From an uncultured delta proteobacterium (GTDB lineage: Bacteria > Desulfobacterota > Syntrophia > Syntrophales > UBA2192): a stretch of 64,000 nucleotides of DNA. This document shows positions 46,509 through 57,783 of this stretch, one piece after another. A model generated the notes under the pieces. That model was not told the origin of the DNA. It was given only the letters and a program-made list of their open reading frames with translations, and ran no database searches. The stretch lies in assembly GCA_963802225.1 (NCBI GenBank), contig CAWDHZ010000031.1, positions 251,671 to 315,670 of the forward strand. Direction: 5' to 3'. Both the position numbers and the translations under genes were made by a program. Each line of letters opens with the position of its first letter. The stretch's first letter is position 1.

Positions 46509-47260
46509 GTTTTCCCTCTTCCTTCCTCTTTCAGCAGGGCTGCAGCCTCTTGGTCCAGCATCCACAAAAGGGTACCGTCAGCAGGCCTGACGATTTGCGC
46601 GGGGAGTGTATCGGGCCGGAAGGGCCCCTCCAGGATCTCCTTCAGGACGGCTGCCTTCCCGGCCCCTGCAACGATGAAGGCTACCATGCGGGCGGCGTTG
46701 ATGACAGGCGGGGTCAGGGTAATTCTCCAGCCCTTTTGCGGATCCACGTAGTGGCCAAGGACCCACCGTGCCGATTCCCGGAGCGCCCGTGTTCCGGGGA
46801 AGAGCGAGGCCGTGTGGCCGTCCTCGCCGAGACCAAGAAGGACAAGGTCGAAAACGGGAAAGCCGCCCCCGTGCGGTGCAAAGAATTCCTGCAGTTGCTC
46901 TTCGTGCCGGGCCGCTGCCTTCAAAGGGTCCATCTCGCCCGGCATCCGGTGGACATTTGCCGGCGGGATGGGCACATGATTGATGAGTCGCTCGCGTACG
47001 AGCCGGTAGTTGCTGTCCTCGTGATCGGGGGGCACGCAGCGCTCATCCCCCCAGAAAAGATGGACGCGAGCCCAGGGAATCTGCGATGCAAAAAGATCCT
47101 TCGCCAGAAGGTCATAGAGCGCCACGGGGGTTTTCCCGCCGCTGAGCGCCGCGGTGAATCGCCCTTGCGCCGATACGGCCTCGGCAGCCGTTGCCGCGAA
47201 GAGATTTGCCGCCGCCCGGGTCATGTCCGCAGGGGAGGGGAAGACCTCAATGAGAGCCAT
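46505..47260 (-). CDS. pgl: 6-phosphogluconolactonase
   Basis: GGKTP and LLGLGEDGHTASLFPG motifs. Confidence 0.9.
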   Translation of the reverse strand: MALIEVFPSPADMTRAAANLFAATAAEAVSAQGRFTAALSGGKTPVALYDLLAKDLFASQIPWARVHLFWGDERCVPPDHEDSNYRLVRERLINHVPIPPANVHRMPGEMDPLKAAARHEEQLQEFFAPHGGGFPVFDLVLLGLGEDGHTASLFPGTRALRESARWVLGHYVDPQKGWRITLTPPVINAARMVAFIVAGAGKAAVLKEILEGPFRPDTLPAQIVRPADGTLLWMLDQEAAALLKEEGRGKT

Positions 47261-47266
47261 GCCGCA

Positions 47267-48742
47267 TCACCCCCGGCTGCAGCTGTACTGCCAGGAATAG
47301 CCTTTCCGCTCCAGGAGGGCGCAGGCTTCGTCGGGTCCCCAGCTTCCGGCCCGATAGGGCGCAGGAGGTGCTGCCGCCGGGCTCTCCAGGGCTTCGATCA
47401 GCGGGTCCAGGATCATCCAGGCCCACTCGATCTCGTCGCGCCGGGCGAAGAGGGAGGCATCGCCATGGATGGCGTCTATGAGGAGCCGCTCGTAGGCGTC
47501 GGGGATGACGAAATCCCCGAATCGATCGGCATAGTGGAAAACCATACCCGCGGGGGCTGACTTCATCGAAGTCCCCGGGACTTTCGTCTCGAAGCCCAGG
47601 TGCATGCCCTCGTCGGGCGCGATGCAGATGGAGATGTGATTCGGCGTGAGATCGCAGTTTTCCGGAAACAACAGGTGGGGCACCGCCTTGAACTGAAGAA
47701 AGATTTCCGAGGCCCTCCGGGCGAGCTTTTTCCCCGTGCGCAGATAGATGGGCACGCCCTGCCACCGCCAGTTGTCCACGTAAAGCTTCAGCGCCGCGAA
47801 GGTAGGGGTTCGTGAGTGGCGGGCAACGGCTTTTTCCTTCCTGTAGCCGCGGTATTGCCCCTGAATGCAGTCCTCGCTCCTCGGGCAGCGCACGGCCTGA
47901 AGCACCTTGACCTTTTCGTCGCGAAGCGAGCGTGCGCTGTAAGCTGATGGCGGCTCCATCGTCATCAGCGTGAGAAGCTGCAGGAGATGGTTCTGGAGCA
48001 TATCCCGGAGCACGCCGGCGCGGTCGTAGTACTCTCCCCGGGCACCGACCCCCGAATCCTCGGCCACCATGATCTGCATGTGTTCCACGAAGTTGCGGTT
48101 CCACAGGGGCTCGAAGATGGCGTTTGCGAACCGCAGGGTCAAAATGTTCTGGACCGTTTCCTTGCCGAGGTAGTGATCGATCCGGAAGATCTGGCTCTCG
48201 GTGAAAACGGAGAGGAGCTCGTCGTTGAGCCGCCGGGCGCTTTCGAGGTTGGTGCCGAAGGGCTTCTCGACAATGACCCGCCGCCACCCGGCGCCCTTGT
48301 TGAGGCCGGCCCGGCCGAGCTGGCCGGCGATGACCGGGAAGAGTTGCGGCGTCGTGGCGAGGTAGAAAAGAACGTTGCCCCGGGTGCGGGCAGCCCTCCC
48401 GGGATGGTCCAGGAGCCTGGCAAGTACCGCATAGGTATCGCTGTCTTCGAATTGGCCGCGGATGTAGGTTACCCGCTTTGCAAAGCGCGGCCAGCGGGCG
48501 CAGATCTCCTCGCCCCCGGGCTTGAGCCGCGAGTACTCCATGACTCCCTTGTAGAGCAGATCCCGAAAGGCGCCGTCGCTCAAATCCGTCCAGGCGAGCC
48601 CGATCACGTCCGTCTGCGGATGGAGGAACCCCTCGCAGGAGAGGCTGTGCAGGGCCGGCATGAGCTTGCGGGAGGTCAGATCGCCCGAGGCGCCGAAGAT
48701 CACGATGGTGCAGGGTTCGGCCTGTTCTTTTTTCTCTGCCAT
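47267..48742 (-). CDS. zwf: glucose-6-phosphate 1-dehydrogenase
   Basis: [13 protein letters not shown] and RIDHYLGKE motifs. Confidence 0.95.
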   Translation of the reverse strand: MAEKKEQAEPCTIVIFGASGDLTSRKLMPALHSLSCEGFLHPQTDVIGLAWTDLSDGAFRDLLYKGVMEYSRLKPGGEEICARWPRFAKRVTYIRGQFEDSDTYAVLARLLDHPGRAARTRGNVLFYLATTPQLFPVIAGQLGRAGLNKGAGWRRVIVEKPFGTNLESARRLNDELLSVFTESQIFRIDHYLGKETVQNILTLRFANAIFEPLWNRNFVEHMQIMVAEDSGVGARGEYYDRAGVLRDMLQNHLLQLLTLMTMEPPSAYSARSLRDEKVKVLQAVRCPRSEDCIQGQYRGYRKEKAVARHSRTPTFAALKLYVDNWRWQGVPIYLRTGKKLARRASEIFLQFKAVPHLLFPENCDLTPNHISICIAPDEGMHLGFETKVPGTSMKSAPAGMVFHYADRFGDFVIPDAYERLLIDAIHGDASLFARRDEIEWAWMILDPLIEALESPAAAPPAPYRAGSWGPDEACALLERKGYSWQYSCSRG

Positions 48743-48801
48743 TCTTTCCTCAAGTAAGTTTGTTATTGTTCAACAGCAGAGAGACTGCGTGTCGGCAGAA
48801 A

Positions 48802-48904
48802 AAGTGCATGAGTGTCTAAGTGTCTAAGTGCCTGAGTGTTAGGATAAATAATTGCTTGTACTATCTTCTCTTCACTCAGGCACTTCCACACTCAGTCACT
48901 TCTT

Positions 48905-48918
<14 letters not shown>
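48802..48918. repeat. 8-nt phased arrays in inverted orientation (zwf-gnd intercistronic)
   Basis: Left array is RAGTGYNT x5 (48802-48841). Right array is CACT-containing x6 (48871-48918, running into the gnd 3' end). Contains a perfect 13-bp inverted repeat, AAGTGCCTGAGTG 48826-38 / CACTCAGGCACTT 48873-85. Confidence 0.7.
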
Positions 48919-49816
<898 letters not shown>

Positions 49817-49861
49817 TTCCAAACCCGTTGCCTTCGAGACAGCCTTCAGTTCCTCGTGCAT

Positions 49862-49962
49862 GAAGTTAAGAAGCCAGGAAGTTAGGAGGATCGGATTAAA
49901 AAAGCAAACAGACAGATTGGTCCGTTATCCGCTCTTCCGATCTTCTGCTCTTCCGCGCTTCC
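49862..49962. repeat. 8-nt phased purine (GAAGNNNN x3) and pyrimidine (GNNCTTCY x4) arrays (gnd-rpiA intercistronic)
   Basis: Left: gaagttaa gaagccag gaagttag gagga (49862-90). Right: gctcttcc gatcttct gctcttcc gcgcttcc (49931-62). The two arrays are mutually complementary in their GAAG/CTTC cores. Confidence 0.65.
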
Positions 49963-49969
49963 TTCCGTT

Positions 49970-50704
49970 TTAGAATTCCTTTCCGAAATCGCTCGGCGAG
50001 ACCCCGCCTTCGCCCCGCTTCAGGTGCCTGATACCGCTGACACCGGCGATAACCACGTCCGAGGCGAGGCCCAAAAAGAGTCCGTGTTCCACGATCCCGG
50101 CGCGGTTCTTGATCTTCTCGGCCAGGACGTGGGGCCTCTCGATGGGGCCGAAATTGCACTCGAAGAGCCAGTTCCCGCAGTCTGTGTTGAAGGGGCTGCG
50201 GTCGGCGTTGCGCTTCATGGTCACCTTCGCGCCCAGCGATTCGAGGAACATCACCTGCGATTTCCACCCGAAGGGGACCACCTCCACGGGCACGCAGCGC
50301 TTCTTGCCGAGGACGGGCGTCAGCTTGGCCTCATCGACGACGATGATTTCCCGCCGGCTGGCCTGCGCGATGATCTTCTCGCGCAGCAGCGCCCCTCCGC
50401 CCCCCTTGATCAGGTTGAGCTGCGGGTCCACCTCGTCGGCCCCGTCGATGGTCAGGTCGATCATGGGGTTCTCGTCGAGTGTCCTGAGGGGCAGTCCGTA
50501 ACGCATGGCCTCCTCCTCGACCTGGTAGGAGCTGGGCACGCCGATGACATCCTTGAGTTGACCGGACTTCAGTTTCTCCGCTAAAAGTCCCACGACATGG
50601 ATCGCCGTGCTGCCGTGGCCGAGCCCGACGATCATTCCCGATTGAACGAGATCGACGGCATAGGCCGCCGCCTGTTTTTTCAGCTCTGCAGCATCGACAC
50701 CCAT
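49970..50704 (-). CDS. rpiA: ribose-5-phosphate isomerase A
   Basis: GLGHGST, DGADEVD and KGGGGALLREK motifs. Confidence 0.9.
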   Translation of the reverse strand: MGVDAAELKKQAAAYAVDLVQSGMIVGLGHGSTAIHVVGLLAEKLKSGQLKDVIGVPSSYQVEEEAMRYGLPLRTLDENPMIDLTIDGADEVDPQLNLIKGGGGALLREKIIAQASRREIIVVDEAKLTPVLGKKRCVPVEVVPFGWKSQVMFLESLGAKVTMKRNADRSPFNTDCGNWLFECNFGPIERPHVLAEKIKNRAGIVEHGLFLGLASDVVIAGVSGIRHLKRGEGGVSPSDFGKEF

Positions 50705-50747
50705 CTTTCATTCCCTCCTTCTCGCGTCGTGAAGCGGTTGCCATTTC

Positions 50748-50878
50748 AAATCCCCCTCTTTCCCCCTTTTGCAAAGGGAGATGACCGGGGGCGCATCCCG
50801 TCAGGGTGCGCAACCATGTCCGGTTCATTCCTTACCGGGCCGCCCCGCGAAGCGGATCAGGGCGGCAAAGGGGGATTT
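50748..50878. repeat. REP/MITE-like structured intergenic element
   Basis: Terminal inverted repeat AAATCCCCCT/AGGGGGATTT. Internal CCCTTT-tgc-AAAGGG and GCGCA...TGCGC hairpins. Translates as the common spurious ...PPFAKGD... peptide. Confidence 0.4.
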
Positions 50879-50888
50879 TCTTTTCATT

Positions 50889-53678
50889 CTATAGAATTCC
50901 TTCCGTCAGAAGCGCCAGCCTTCCGACGATATCGGGGCCCAGGTGGAGCCGGATGAGCCGGCGTCCTCTCCCGAGAAGGGCCTGCCGGTCGCCCATGGCC
51001 TGGGCCGCCTCGAGGGTCCCGAAGGTGATCGAAGACGCTGTCGACCCCGGCGCGTCGGGAATCGGGACATCATCGGCGCAGTCGGCCGTGATCTGGATGA
51101 AGAACCCCCGGCCGCTGTCCCCCTTGTGAAGCTGTCCTGTCGAGTGGAGGAAGCGCGGCCCGTACCCCACGGTCACGGGGACCCGGTAGCGGTCGCGCAG
51201 CCTCGTGCGGAATACCTGCAGCAGGATGTCCGTCTCGTCCGTAGCGTTTACGTAAGCCATGACGGCGATGTAGCCCCCGGGCGACGTATCCCCCAGGAAA
51301 TTCTCCAATGCGCTCATCGTGTCCCTTCCTTTGACGCTGCCGTAAACATCGACGCCGCCGAAGCTCAGGGCCGGCGTCTCCTCGGGAAGCCTGCCGCTTG
51401 TCCTGTAAGCTTCAACGGCCTCGCGGGCGCCCGCCTTGGCGGCCTCCACGTCGGGCTGGTCGAAGGGGTTGATGCCCAGGAATCGGCCCGCCACGGCGGT
51501 GGCCATCATCCAGAGGAAGAACTGCCCGCCCATGTCGTAGGGGTCATGAAGGCGGAAAATCTCCACGGGGTGGCCCGCATCCTCAAGGGAGCGGATGAAC
51601 GCTGTGCGAAGCGGCTCCCCTGCCGCCTCCAGCCCCACGAAGAGCCGGTCCGGCCCGTAGACGTCGGGCTTGCCCGGGGCCTCACGGAGAACGGGCAGGA
51701 TCCCTTTGCCTTCCTTCCCGGTGCTCTCGGCGATGAGCTGCTCCACCCAGTCGCCGAAGTGCTGGATCGAGGGCGAAGTGATCAGGGTGAGCTTGTCTCG
51801 CCCGAGCTGTGCAAGCCTCCCCAGGTATGCGCCCAGCCTTGCGCCGTGGTTGTCGCCGGTCACGAGGCAGTTGGCGGCGTCACAGTTGGCGGCCATCGTC
51901 ATAGCCCGCTCGAGAAGCTTCCTTACATCGAAGCCGGTGAGCGCCGCCGGCACGAGGCCGAAGAAGGACAGGGCCGAGAAGCGGCCGCCGATGTCCGGGT
52001 CGTTCAGAAAGACCTGGCGGAAACCGAACTCCCGTGCCCACTCCGCGAGTTTCGATCCGGAATCGGTGATGGCTGCGAAGTGTCCGCCGGCCCTCTCCCT
52101 CCCAAGCCGCTCGCAGGCCCACCCGTAAAAGAACTTGAAGAAGGAGTGGATCTCGATGGTCGTCCCCGATTTCGACGAGACAATGAAGAGGGTCCTTGCC
52201 GGGTCGAGCTCTCCCGCGCGGCGAATCACGGCGCCCGGGTCGGTGCTGTCCAGGACGGCAAGCGATGGCCAGCCGGGTTCGCTGCCGAAGGTCTTCGCGA
52301 AGACCTCAGGGGCGAGGCTCGAGCCGCCCATCCCCAGGAGCAGCACCTGGCTGAAACCGTCAGACCGGACGCCCCTCGCGAAGGCCTCGATCTCGTCGAT
52401 GCGCTCCATCATGTCGGAAGCGCTCGTGAGCCAGCCGAGGCGGTTGGCGATCTCTCTCGGGTCGGGTTTCCAGACGGTGTGGTCCTTCGCCCATATGCGA
52501 TCCATGATGCGGTCCTTGCGGAGCCCGGCCAGGGCTTCGTCAAGCTGCTCGCGGAAGGTGCCGGCCTCGGTCGACTCGGGCTTCCATCCCGCCCGGATCT
52601 CGTCGCGTTTGGAGCGGATGCTCGCCATCAGCGTATCGAAGGAAGTCTCGAAGGCAAGGACCCCCTCGCGCTGCAACTCATTGGTGATTTCGTCCATGCC
52701 GATGCCGAGCCTCTCGAGTTGGGCAAAAACCTGCTTTGCCTCCCGGATCCACCTGCGCAGCGTCGAGGCGGCCTTGCCGTGGTCGAGAAAAGCCTCGAGG
52801 GTGGCCGGGGGGACGGTGTTCACCGTGTCGGGGCCGATGAGTTCATCAACGTAGAGCGTGTCGGGGTAGCGCGGGTTCTTGGTGCCCGTGCTCCCCCAGA
52901 GGAGACGCTGCACGCGGGCCCCTTTGCCTGCGAGCTTTTCCCAGCGCTTCCAGGAGCAAATCGCCCGGAAGCGGTCGTAGGCCAGCCGCGCGCTGGCGAT
53001 GGCCGCCTTTCCCTGGAGGTCATGGTTCCCGAGGGCCTGGAGCCTCTTGTCCACCGCCGTGTCGATGCGGCTCACGAAGAAGGAGGCCACGGAGGCGACC
53101 TTCCGAAGATTGCCCCCTTTTGCGGCCAGCTTCTCGAGGCCTGCGATGTAGGCCCGGACGACGGCCTCGTAGTGGGCAAGCGAGAAGATGAGCGTCACGT
53201 TGACGTTCACGCCCGAGGCGATGAGGGCCTCGATGGCCGGAACCCCCTGTGCCGTGGCGGGTACCTTGATCATCACGTTGGGCCGGTCGAGGGCCTTGAA
53301 GAGCATCCTCGCCTCGGCGATGGTTCCCTCCGTGTCGCAGGCGAGCTTCGGGCTCACCTCGAGGCTGACGTATCCGTCGGCACCCCCCGTGGCGTCCCAT
53401 ACCGGCCGGAAGAGATCGGCGGCTCGCCGGATGTCGTCGAGGGCGAGCGCCAGGTAGATCTCGTCGTTTGTCTTCCCCTCGGCCACGAGTTCCCGGAGGG
53501 CCTCGTCGTAATCCGCGCTTCCCGCGATGGCCTTTTCGAAAATCGTTGGGTTTGAGGTGATGCCGGAGACGCCCCGGGCGATGAGGGCTTCCAACTCGCC
53601 GGAGGTGATCAGCGAGCGACGTATGAAATCGAGCCAGACGGACTGGCCGAGCTTGTTTAATTCCTTGATTCTGCTCAT
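50889..53678 (-). CDS. bifunctional transaldolase / glucose-6-phosphate isomerase fusion
   Basis: N-half transaldolase (SVWLDFI, NPTIFEKAI, IKVPAT). C-half PGI (LLGMGGSSLAPEV, SKSGTTIE). AGGAGGG RBS at MSRIKEL. Confidence 0.9.
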   Translation of the reverse strand: MSRIKELNKLGQSVWLDFIRRSLITSGELEALIARGVSGITSNPTIFEKAIAGSADYDEALRELVAEGKTNDEIYLALALDDIRRAADLFRPVWDATGGADGYVSLEVSPKLACDTEGTIAEARMLFKALDRPNVMIKVPATAQGVPAIEALIASGVNVNVTLIFSLAHYEAVVRAYIAGLEKLAAKGGNLRKVASVASFFVSRIDTAVDKRLQALGNHDLQGKAAIASARLAYDRFRAICSWKRWEKLAGKGARVQRLLWGSTGTKNPRYPDTLYVDELIGPDTVNTVPPATLEAFLDHGKAASTLRRWIREAKQVFAQLERLGIGMDEITNELQREGVLAFETSFDTLMASIRSKRDEIRAGWKPESTEAGTFREQLDEALAGLRKDRIMDRIWAKDHTVWKPDPREIANRLGWLTSASDMMERIDEIEAFARGVRSDGFSQVLLLGMGGSSLAPEVFAKTFGSEPGWPSLAVLDSTDPGAVIRRAGELDPARTLFIVSSKSGTTIEIHSFFKFFYGWACERLGRERAGGHFAAITDSGSKLAEWAREFGFRQVFLNDPDIGGRFSALSFFGLVPAALTGFDVRKLLERAMTMAANCDAANCLVTGDNHGARLGAYLGRLAQLGRDKLTLITSPSIQHFGDWVEQLIAESTGKEGKGILPVLREAPGKPDVYGPDRLFVGLEAAGEPLRTAFIRSLEDAGHPVEIFRLHDPYDMGGQFFLWMMATAVAGRFLGINPFDQPDVEAAKAGAREAVEAYRTSGRLPEETPALSFGGVDVYGSVKGRDTMSALENFLGDTSPGGYIAVMAYVNATDETDILLQVFRTRLRDRYRVPVTVGYGPRFLHSTGQLHKGDSGRGFFIQITADCADDVPIPDAPGSTASSITFGTLEAAQAMGDRQALLGRGRRLIRLHLGPDIVGRLALLTEGIL

Positions 53679-53882
53679 GGGCCCTCCTTGAGCAAGACAG
53701 GCGAAACGGGCGTTAGAGGGCGGAAGGTTCGGCGGGTTGGACGAGATGCGAACCGTCTTTCCCCGAGGGTTCACGGAAAAGAAAAAGCAGCGCACAAGTA
53801 CGCTGCTTCATTTATACACAATCTCCCGGGATTAGACAAGCTCACCGACGGCTATCGCCTAAAATAGCGGGACCTGTTCTTG

Positions 53883-53924
53883 CCCGATACCCGATTCCCA
53901 ATACCCTGTTCTCTATTCCCTGCC
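53883..53924. repeat. 7-nt phased array (CCCNNTW-type x6) covering the tkt stop codon
   Basis: cccgata cccgatt cccaata ccctgtt ctctatt ccctgcc. The tkt stop codon is at 53913-15. Confidence 0.6.
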
Positions 53925-55952
53925 CAACAGCTTCAGCGCCCTTGCGACGACGTTCTCCACGGTGAAGCCGAATTTCTCCATGAGCACATCGCCCGGCGCC
54001 GAGGCCCCGAAGTGATCCAGACCCATCACGTCGCCCTCGTCGCCCACCCAGCGCCACCAGCCCAGTGTCGCCCCGGCCTCGATGGCCAGGCGTTTTTTCG
54101 TATCCGGAGGGATCACGGCGTCGCGGTAGCCTTGTCCCTGCTCCCTGAAGAGCTCCCAGGAGGGCATGGAGACGACGCGGGAGCGCACCTTCTTGACCGC
54201 AAGCTCGTCGGCCGCCCGCAGGGCGAGTGACACCTCGGAGCCCGTGGCGATAAGGACGATGTCCGGGTTGTCGCCCCCGGTGATAAGCACATAGGCCCCG
54301 CGGCTCACCCCTTCCGCTACGGGGTACTTCGAGGCATCGAGAACGGGCAGGTTCTGCCGCGAGAAGACAAAGACCGTGGGGTTGCGGCGCTGCAGGGCCA
54401 CCTTCCAGGCGGCAAGGGTCTCGTTGGCATCGGCCGGCCGCAGGACCGTCAGGTTCGGCACGGCCCGCAGGGCCATGAGCTGCTCGATGGGCTGGTGGGT
54501 GGGGCCGTCCTCGCCCACGCCGATGCTGTCATGCGTGAAGATGAACAGCACATGAAGCTGCGAGATGGCAGCCAGCCGGATGGGCGGCCGCATGTAATCA
54601 GAAAAAACGAAAAAGGTCCCCGTGAAGGGCAGGATCCCGCCATAGGCTGCCAGCCCGTTGGAGATGGAGCCCATGGCGTGCTCGCGCACCCCGAAGTGGA
54701 TGTTGCGCCCGCCGTAGCCCCACTCGCCTCCCACGGCACCCTGGGTGCCGGCCGGCTTCTCGCCAGGCTTCTGGAAGTCGCCCATGCCTTTGAGCCAGGC
54801 AAAGACGGAATTGTTGAGGTCCGCTGTCCCGCCGATCAACTCGGGGATGTTTTTCCCGAGGACCTGCATAATCTCTTCGGAGGCCTTGCGGGTGGCGACG
54901 GATTTGCCCGCGGGGTACTCGGCAAGCCCTTTGTCCCAGCCTTTCGGTAGCAGATCGGCCTGGCGCCGCTTGAATTCATCGGCCATTTCCGGGAAGGACT
55001 TCTCGTACTGGATGAGCATGCCGGACCACCGGCCTTCGAGTTGCTTTCCCCTGGACGGGGCCTCGCGGAAAACCTTCTGTGCCTCTTCGGGTACACTGAA
55101 CGTCGGCTCCAGCGGCCAGCCGAGATTCTTCTTGGTCTCCTCGGTCTCCTTGGGGCCCAGGGGCGAGCCGTGGGATTCGTAGGACCCCTGCTTGTGGGGT
55201 GAGCCGTAGCCGATGATCGTCCGCACGCAGATGAGGGAGGGCCTGCCGGTCTCCTTCTTTGCGGCCTCGATCGCCGCATCGATGGCGGCGATGTCGTTGC
55301 CGTCCTCAATCGTCTGGACATGCCAGCCGTAGGCCTCGTAATGCTTCGCGTGGTCCTCGGTGAAGGAGAGATCGGTGCTGCCCGCCAGGGTAATCCGGTT
55401 GTCGTCGTGCAGGACGATCAGCTTGCCCAGGCCCAAATGGCCGGCCAGGGCGCAGGCCTCGTTCGCAACCCCTTCCATCAGGTCACCGTCGCTTGCAATC
55501 ACGTAGGTGTAGTGATCGACAAGGGGGAACCCCTCCCGGTTGAAGCGGGCCGCCATGTGGGCCTCGCCGATGGCAAGCCCCACGGCATTCGAGATCCCCT
55601 GGCCCAGGGGGCCTGTGGTGACTTCGACCCCGTCGTGCCCCCGCTCGGGGTGCCCGGGCGTGAGGCTGCCCCACTGGCGGAAATTCTTGATCTCGGCAAG
55701 CGGCAGTTCATAGCCCATCAGGTGGAGCATCGCATAGAGAAGCATGGAACCGTGCCCGCCCGACAGGACGAAGCGGTCGCGGTTGGGCCAGCGGGGGGTT
55801 GCCGGGTTGAAGCGCAGGTGGCGCGTCCACAGGACGTAGGCCATAGGGGCGGCACCCAGCGGCAGGCCCGGGTGGCCCGATTTTGCCTTCTCGATGGCGT
55901 CGACGGCGAGCATGCGGATGGTGTTGATGCAAAGAGTGTCGGTTTGACTCAT
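53913..55952 (-). CDS. tkt: transketolase
   Basis: 679 aa. TPP motif region GHPG...GSMLLY, and [16 protein letters not shown]. Confidence 0.95.
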   Translation of the reverse strand: MSQTDTLCINTIRMLAVDAIEKAKSGHPGLPLGAAPMAYVLWTRHLRFNPATPRWPNRDRFVLSGGHGSMLLYAMLHLMGYELPLAEIKNFRQWGSLTPGHPERGHDGVEVTTGPLGQGISNAVGLAIGEAHMAARFNREGFPLVDHYTYVIASDGDLMEGVANEACALAGHLGLGKLIVLHDDNRITLAGSTDLSFTEDHAKHYEAYGWHVQTIEDGNDIAAIDAAIEAAKKETGRPSLICVRTIIGYGSPHKQGSYESHGSPLGPKETEETKKNLGWPLEPTFSVPEEAQKVFREAPSRGKQLEGRWSGMLIQYEKSFPEMADEFKRRQADLLPKGWDKGLAEYPAGKSVATRKASEEIMQVLGKNIPELIGGTADLNNSVFAWLKGMGDFQKPGEKPAGTQGAVGGEWGYGGRNIHFGVREHAMGSISNGLAAYGGILPFTGTFFVFSDYMRPPIRLAAISQLHVLFIFTHDSIGVGEDGPTHQPIEQLMALRAVPNLTVLRPADANETLAAWKVALQRRNPTVFVFSRQNLPVLDASKYPVAEGVSRGAYVLITGGDNPDIVLIATGSEVSLALRAADELAVKKVRSRVVSMPSWELFREQGQGYRDAVIPPDTKKRLAIEAGATLGWWRWVGDEGDVMGLDHFGASAPGDVLMEKFGFTVENVVARALKLLGRE

Positions 55953-56962
55953 CTTGATGATCTGCTCCTCGTTCTTCTTTCGGGTCTCAGCCCCTGTGCG
56001 GCCGCTCCCAGGAGGGCCGTTTTAGGATTCGTGACGACATGCAAGGGGATCCGCGCGACGAGATCCCGCATCCGTCCCTTGCGGAGGAAGGCCTCCATGA
56101 AATGCGCTTTTTCCAGAAATGGGAGAATCCGCGGCGGTATCCCTCCCCCGAGGTAGATTCCTCCCGTGGCCAGGATCTTGAGGGCCAGGTTGCCCGCCTC
56201 GGCCCCCAGGATGGAGGCGAAAAGGTCAAGCGTCCTGACACAGATATCACAGGGATTTTCCCGGTCAAGCGCTTTTTCGACGATGACCGGGACGGGGTCG
56301 GCCTCGCGGCTCAGCCTTTGAGCGAGCCAGGCCGGTTCAGCGGCAACGCCACTTTTTTTCAGGAAATTGTAGAGGTTCACGATCCCGATTCCCGAGCAGA
56401 CCCGCTCATAGCTCGCATGGCCGTGAAGGCCGCGCAGGGTTGCCAGCAGATCACTCTCGAGCTCCGTTGCCGGCGCAAAGTCGGCGTGCCCCCCCTCGGA
56501 GGGAAAGGCCCGGTATTGCTTGCCGTCCCAGGCGAGCCAGGCCTCGCCCAGGCCCGTACCCGGAGCGATCACGGCCTTGGCGCCGTGGCGCACGGGGTTC
56601 CCTTCCCGAAGGGTGATGATATCCTCCTTGCGAAGAAAAGGGACAAAAGAGGCGATGGCCTCCACATCGTTGATAACCCTCACGGACTTCATCTTCAGGT
56701 CCTTGCGCAGGCGGGCCTCGTCGATCGCCCAGCGGAGGTTCGTGACCCGGGCCTTCCCGTCGAGCACCGGCCCGGCAACGCCGAAGACGGCCTTCGTCGC
56801 GCGGCGGCCCGACTCGCGCAGAAAGCGGGTGACGGCGCCTTCCAGGCTGTCGTGATCGGAGCTGGGGTAGACGGCCTCTGCCAGGGGCCTGCGGAGTCCC
56901 CGTTCTTTCGTGAAGAGGCCGAAGTGGAGCTTGGTGCCCCCGATGTCGCCTGCTAGAAGCAT
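55949..56962 (-). CDS. glk: glucokinase
   Basis: [14 protein letters not shown]-binding start. ROK-less Glk layout. ATGA overlap with tkt. Confidence 0.9.
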   Translation of the reverse strand: MLLAGDIGGTKLHFGLFTKERGLRRPLAEAVYPSSDHDSLEGAVTRFLRESGRRATKAVFGVAGPVLDGKARVTNLRWAIDEARLRKDLKMKSVRVINDVEAIASFVPFLRKEDIITLREGNPVRHGAKAVIAPGTGLGEAWLAWDGKQYRAFPSEGGHADFAPATELESDLLATLRGLHGHASYERVCSGIGIVNLYNFLKKSGVAAEPAWLAQRLSREADPVPVIVEKALDRENPCDICVRTLDLFASILGAEAGNLALKILATGGIYLGGGIPPRILPFLEKAHFMEAFLRKGRMRDLVARIPLHVVTNPKTALLGAAAQGLRPERRTRSRSSR

Positions 56963-57000
56963 GATCTCATGCCCTCATGATCTTTTGTCCTGTCTTTCAT

Positions 57001-57079
57001 GACACTTGACACATCTTCACCTAACACTGTTTCTTTTGCTTCTTCACTAGCCACTGACCACTGTCCACTGATCACTGAC
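57001..57079. repeat. two direct 7-nt phased CAC-containing arrays
   Basis: gacactt gacacat cttcacc taacact (57001-28) and cactagc cactgac cactgtc cactgat cactgac (57045-79). The second covers the stop codon at 57072-74. Confidence 0.65.
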
Positions 57080-57773
57080 CACGCTCTTTTTCCTTCAACT
57101 TCCCGCCCGCTATGCGCACGGCCAGGATGACGCCCGTCAGGGCGACAACGAACACCCCTACGATGAGCCAGGGGACCTCTCCCGTTGTGACCGCGGTGAT
57201 CAGTGCGTCCGTACCCACGAGGTAGACGATGGTCCCCGGGAGCATGCAGAGCCAGGACCAGAAGGCGAAGGTCCAGAAAGGGACCCGGGTGAGTCCGTAG
57301 CCGTAGTTCAGCAGGTTGAAGGGAAACAGGGGCACAAGGCGCGTGATGGCAACGATGATGGCCCCGTGCTGCTCCGTCAGGCGATCGAGGCGCTGGAACT
57401 TTTCATTTCCCGAAAGCCAGCGGCTGATTGCATCCCTGGCGAGATAGCGAGAAATGAGGAATGCTGCGCTTGCGCCCAGGGTGGAGCCGATGCTCACAAG
57501 GACCACCCCTTTAGGGGCGCCGAAGATTGCGGCCGCGGCAATCGAGATGGGAAGCCCCGGCACGGCCGCCGCGACGGCGACGATATAAAGGGCCACGTAG
57601 ACCACCATCCCCAGGTTGCCCATGCCCGCAATCCAGTCGCGAAGCTCCTGGAGCCTTTCACCCAGTCCGAAGAACCGGGCAAGGACGATCAGCGAAAGGA
57701 CAACCGCCGCGAAAAGGACAAGCTTCCAGATATCCTTCCCTTTAGCCCCGGCAGTGACCGGCTTATTTACCAT
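57072..57773 (-). CDS. TVP38/TMEM64 (DedA-related) family membrane protein
   Basis: Family-typical LPISIAAAAIFGAPKGVVLVSIGSTLGASAAFLISRYLARD. Confidence 0.85.
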   Translation of the reverse strand: MVNKPVTAGAKGKDIWKLVLFAAVVLSLIVLARFFGLGERLQELRDWIAGMGNLGMVVYVALYIVAVAAAVPGLPISIAAAAIFGAPKGVVLVSIGSTLGASAAFLISRYLARDAISRWLSGNEKFQRLDRLTEQHGAIIVAITRLVPLFPFNLLNYGYGLTRVPFWTFAFWSWLCMLPGTIVYLVGTDALITAVTTGEVPWLIVGVFVVALTGVILAVRIAGGKLKEKERGQ

Positions 57774-57783
57774 GAAACCCCTT

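Noticed and set aside
49931-49966. SRP-RNA-like GGAAGGAAGC string (minus strand).
   Set aside because: It lacks the flanking conserved domain-IV sequence and helix. It is part of the phased GAAG/CTTC array.
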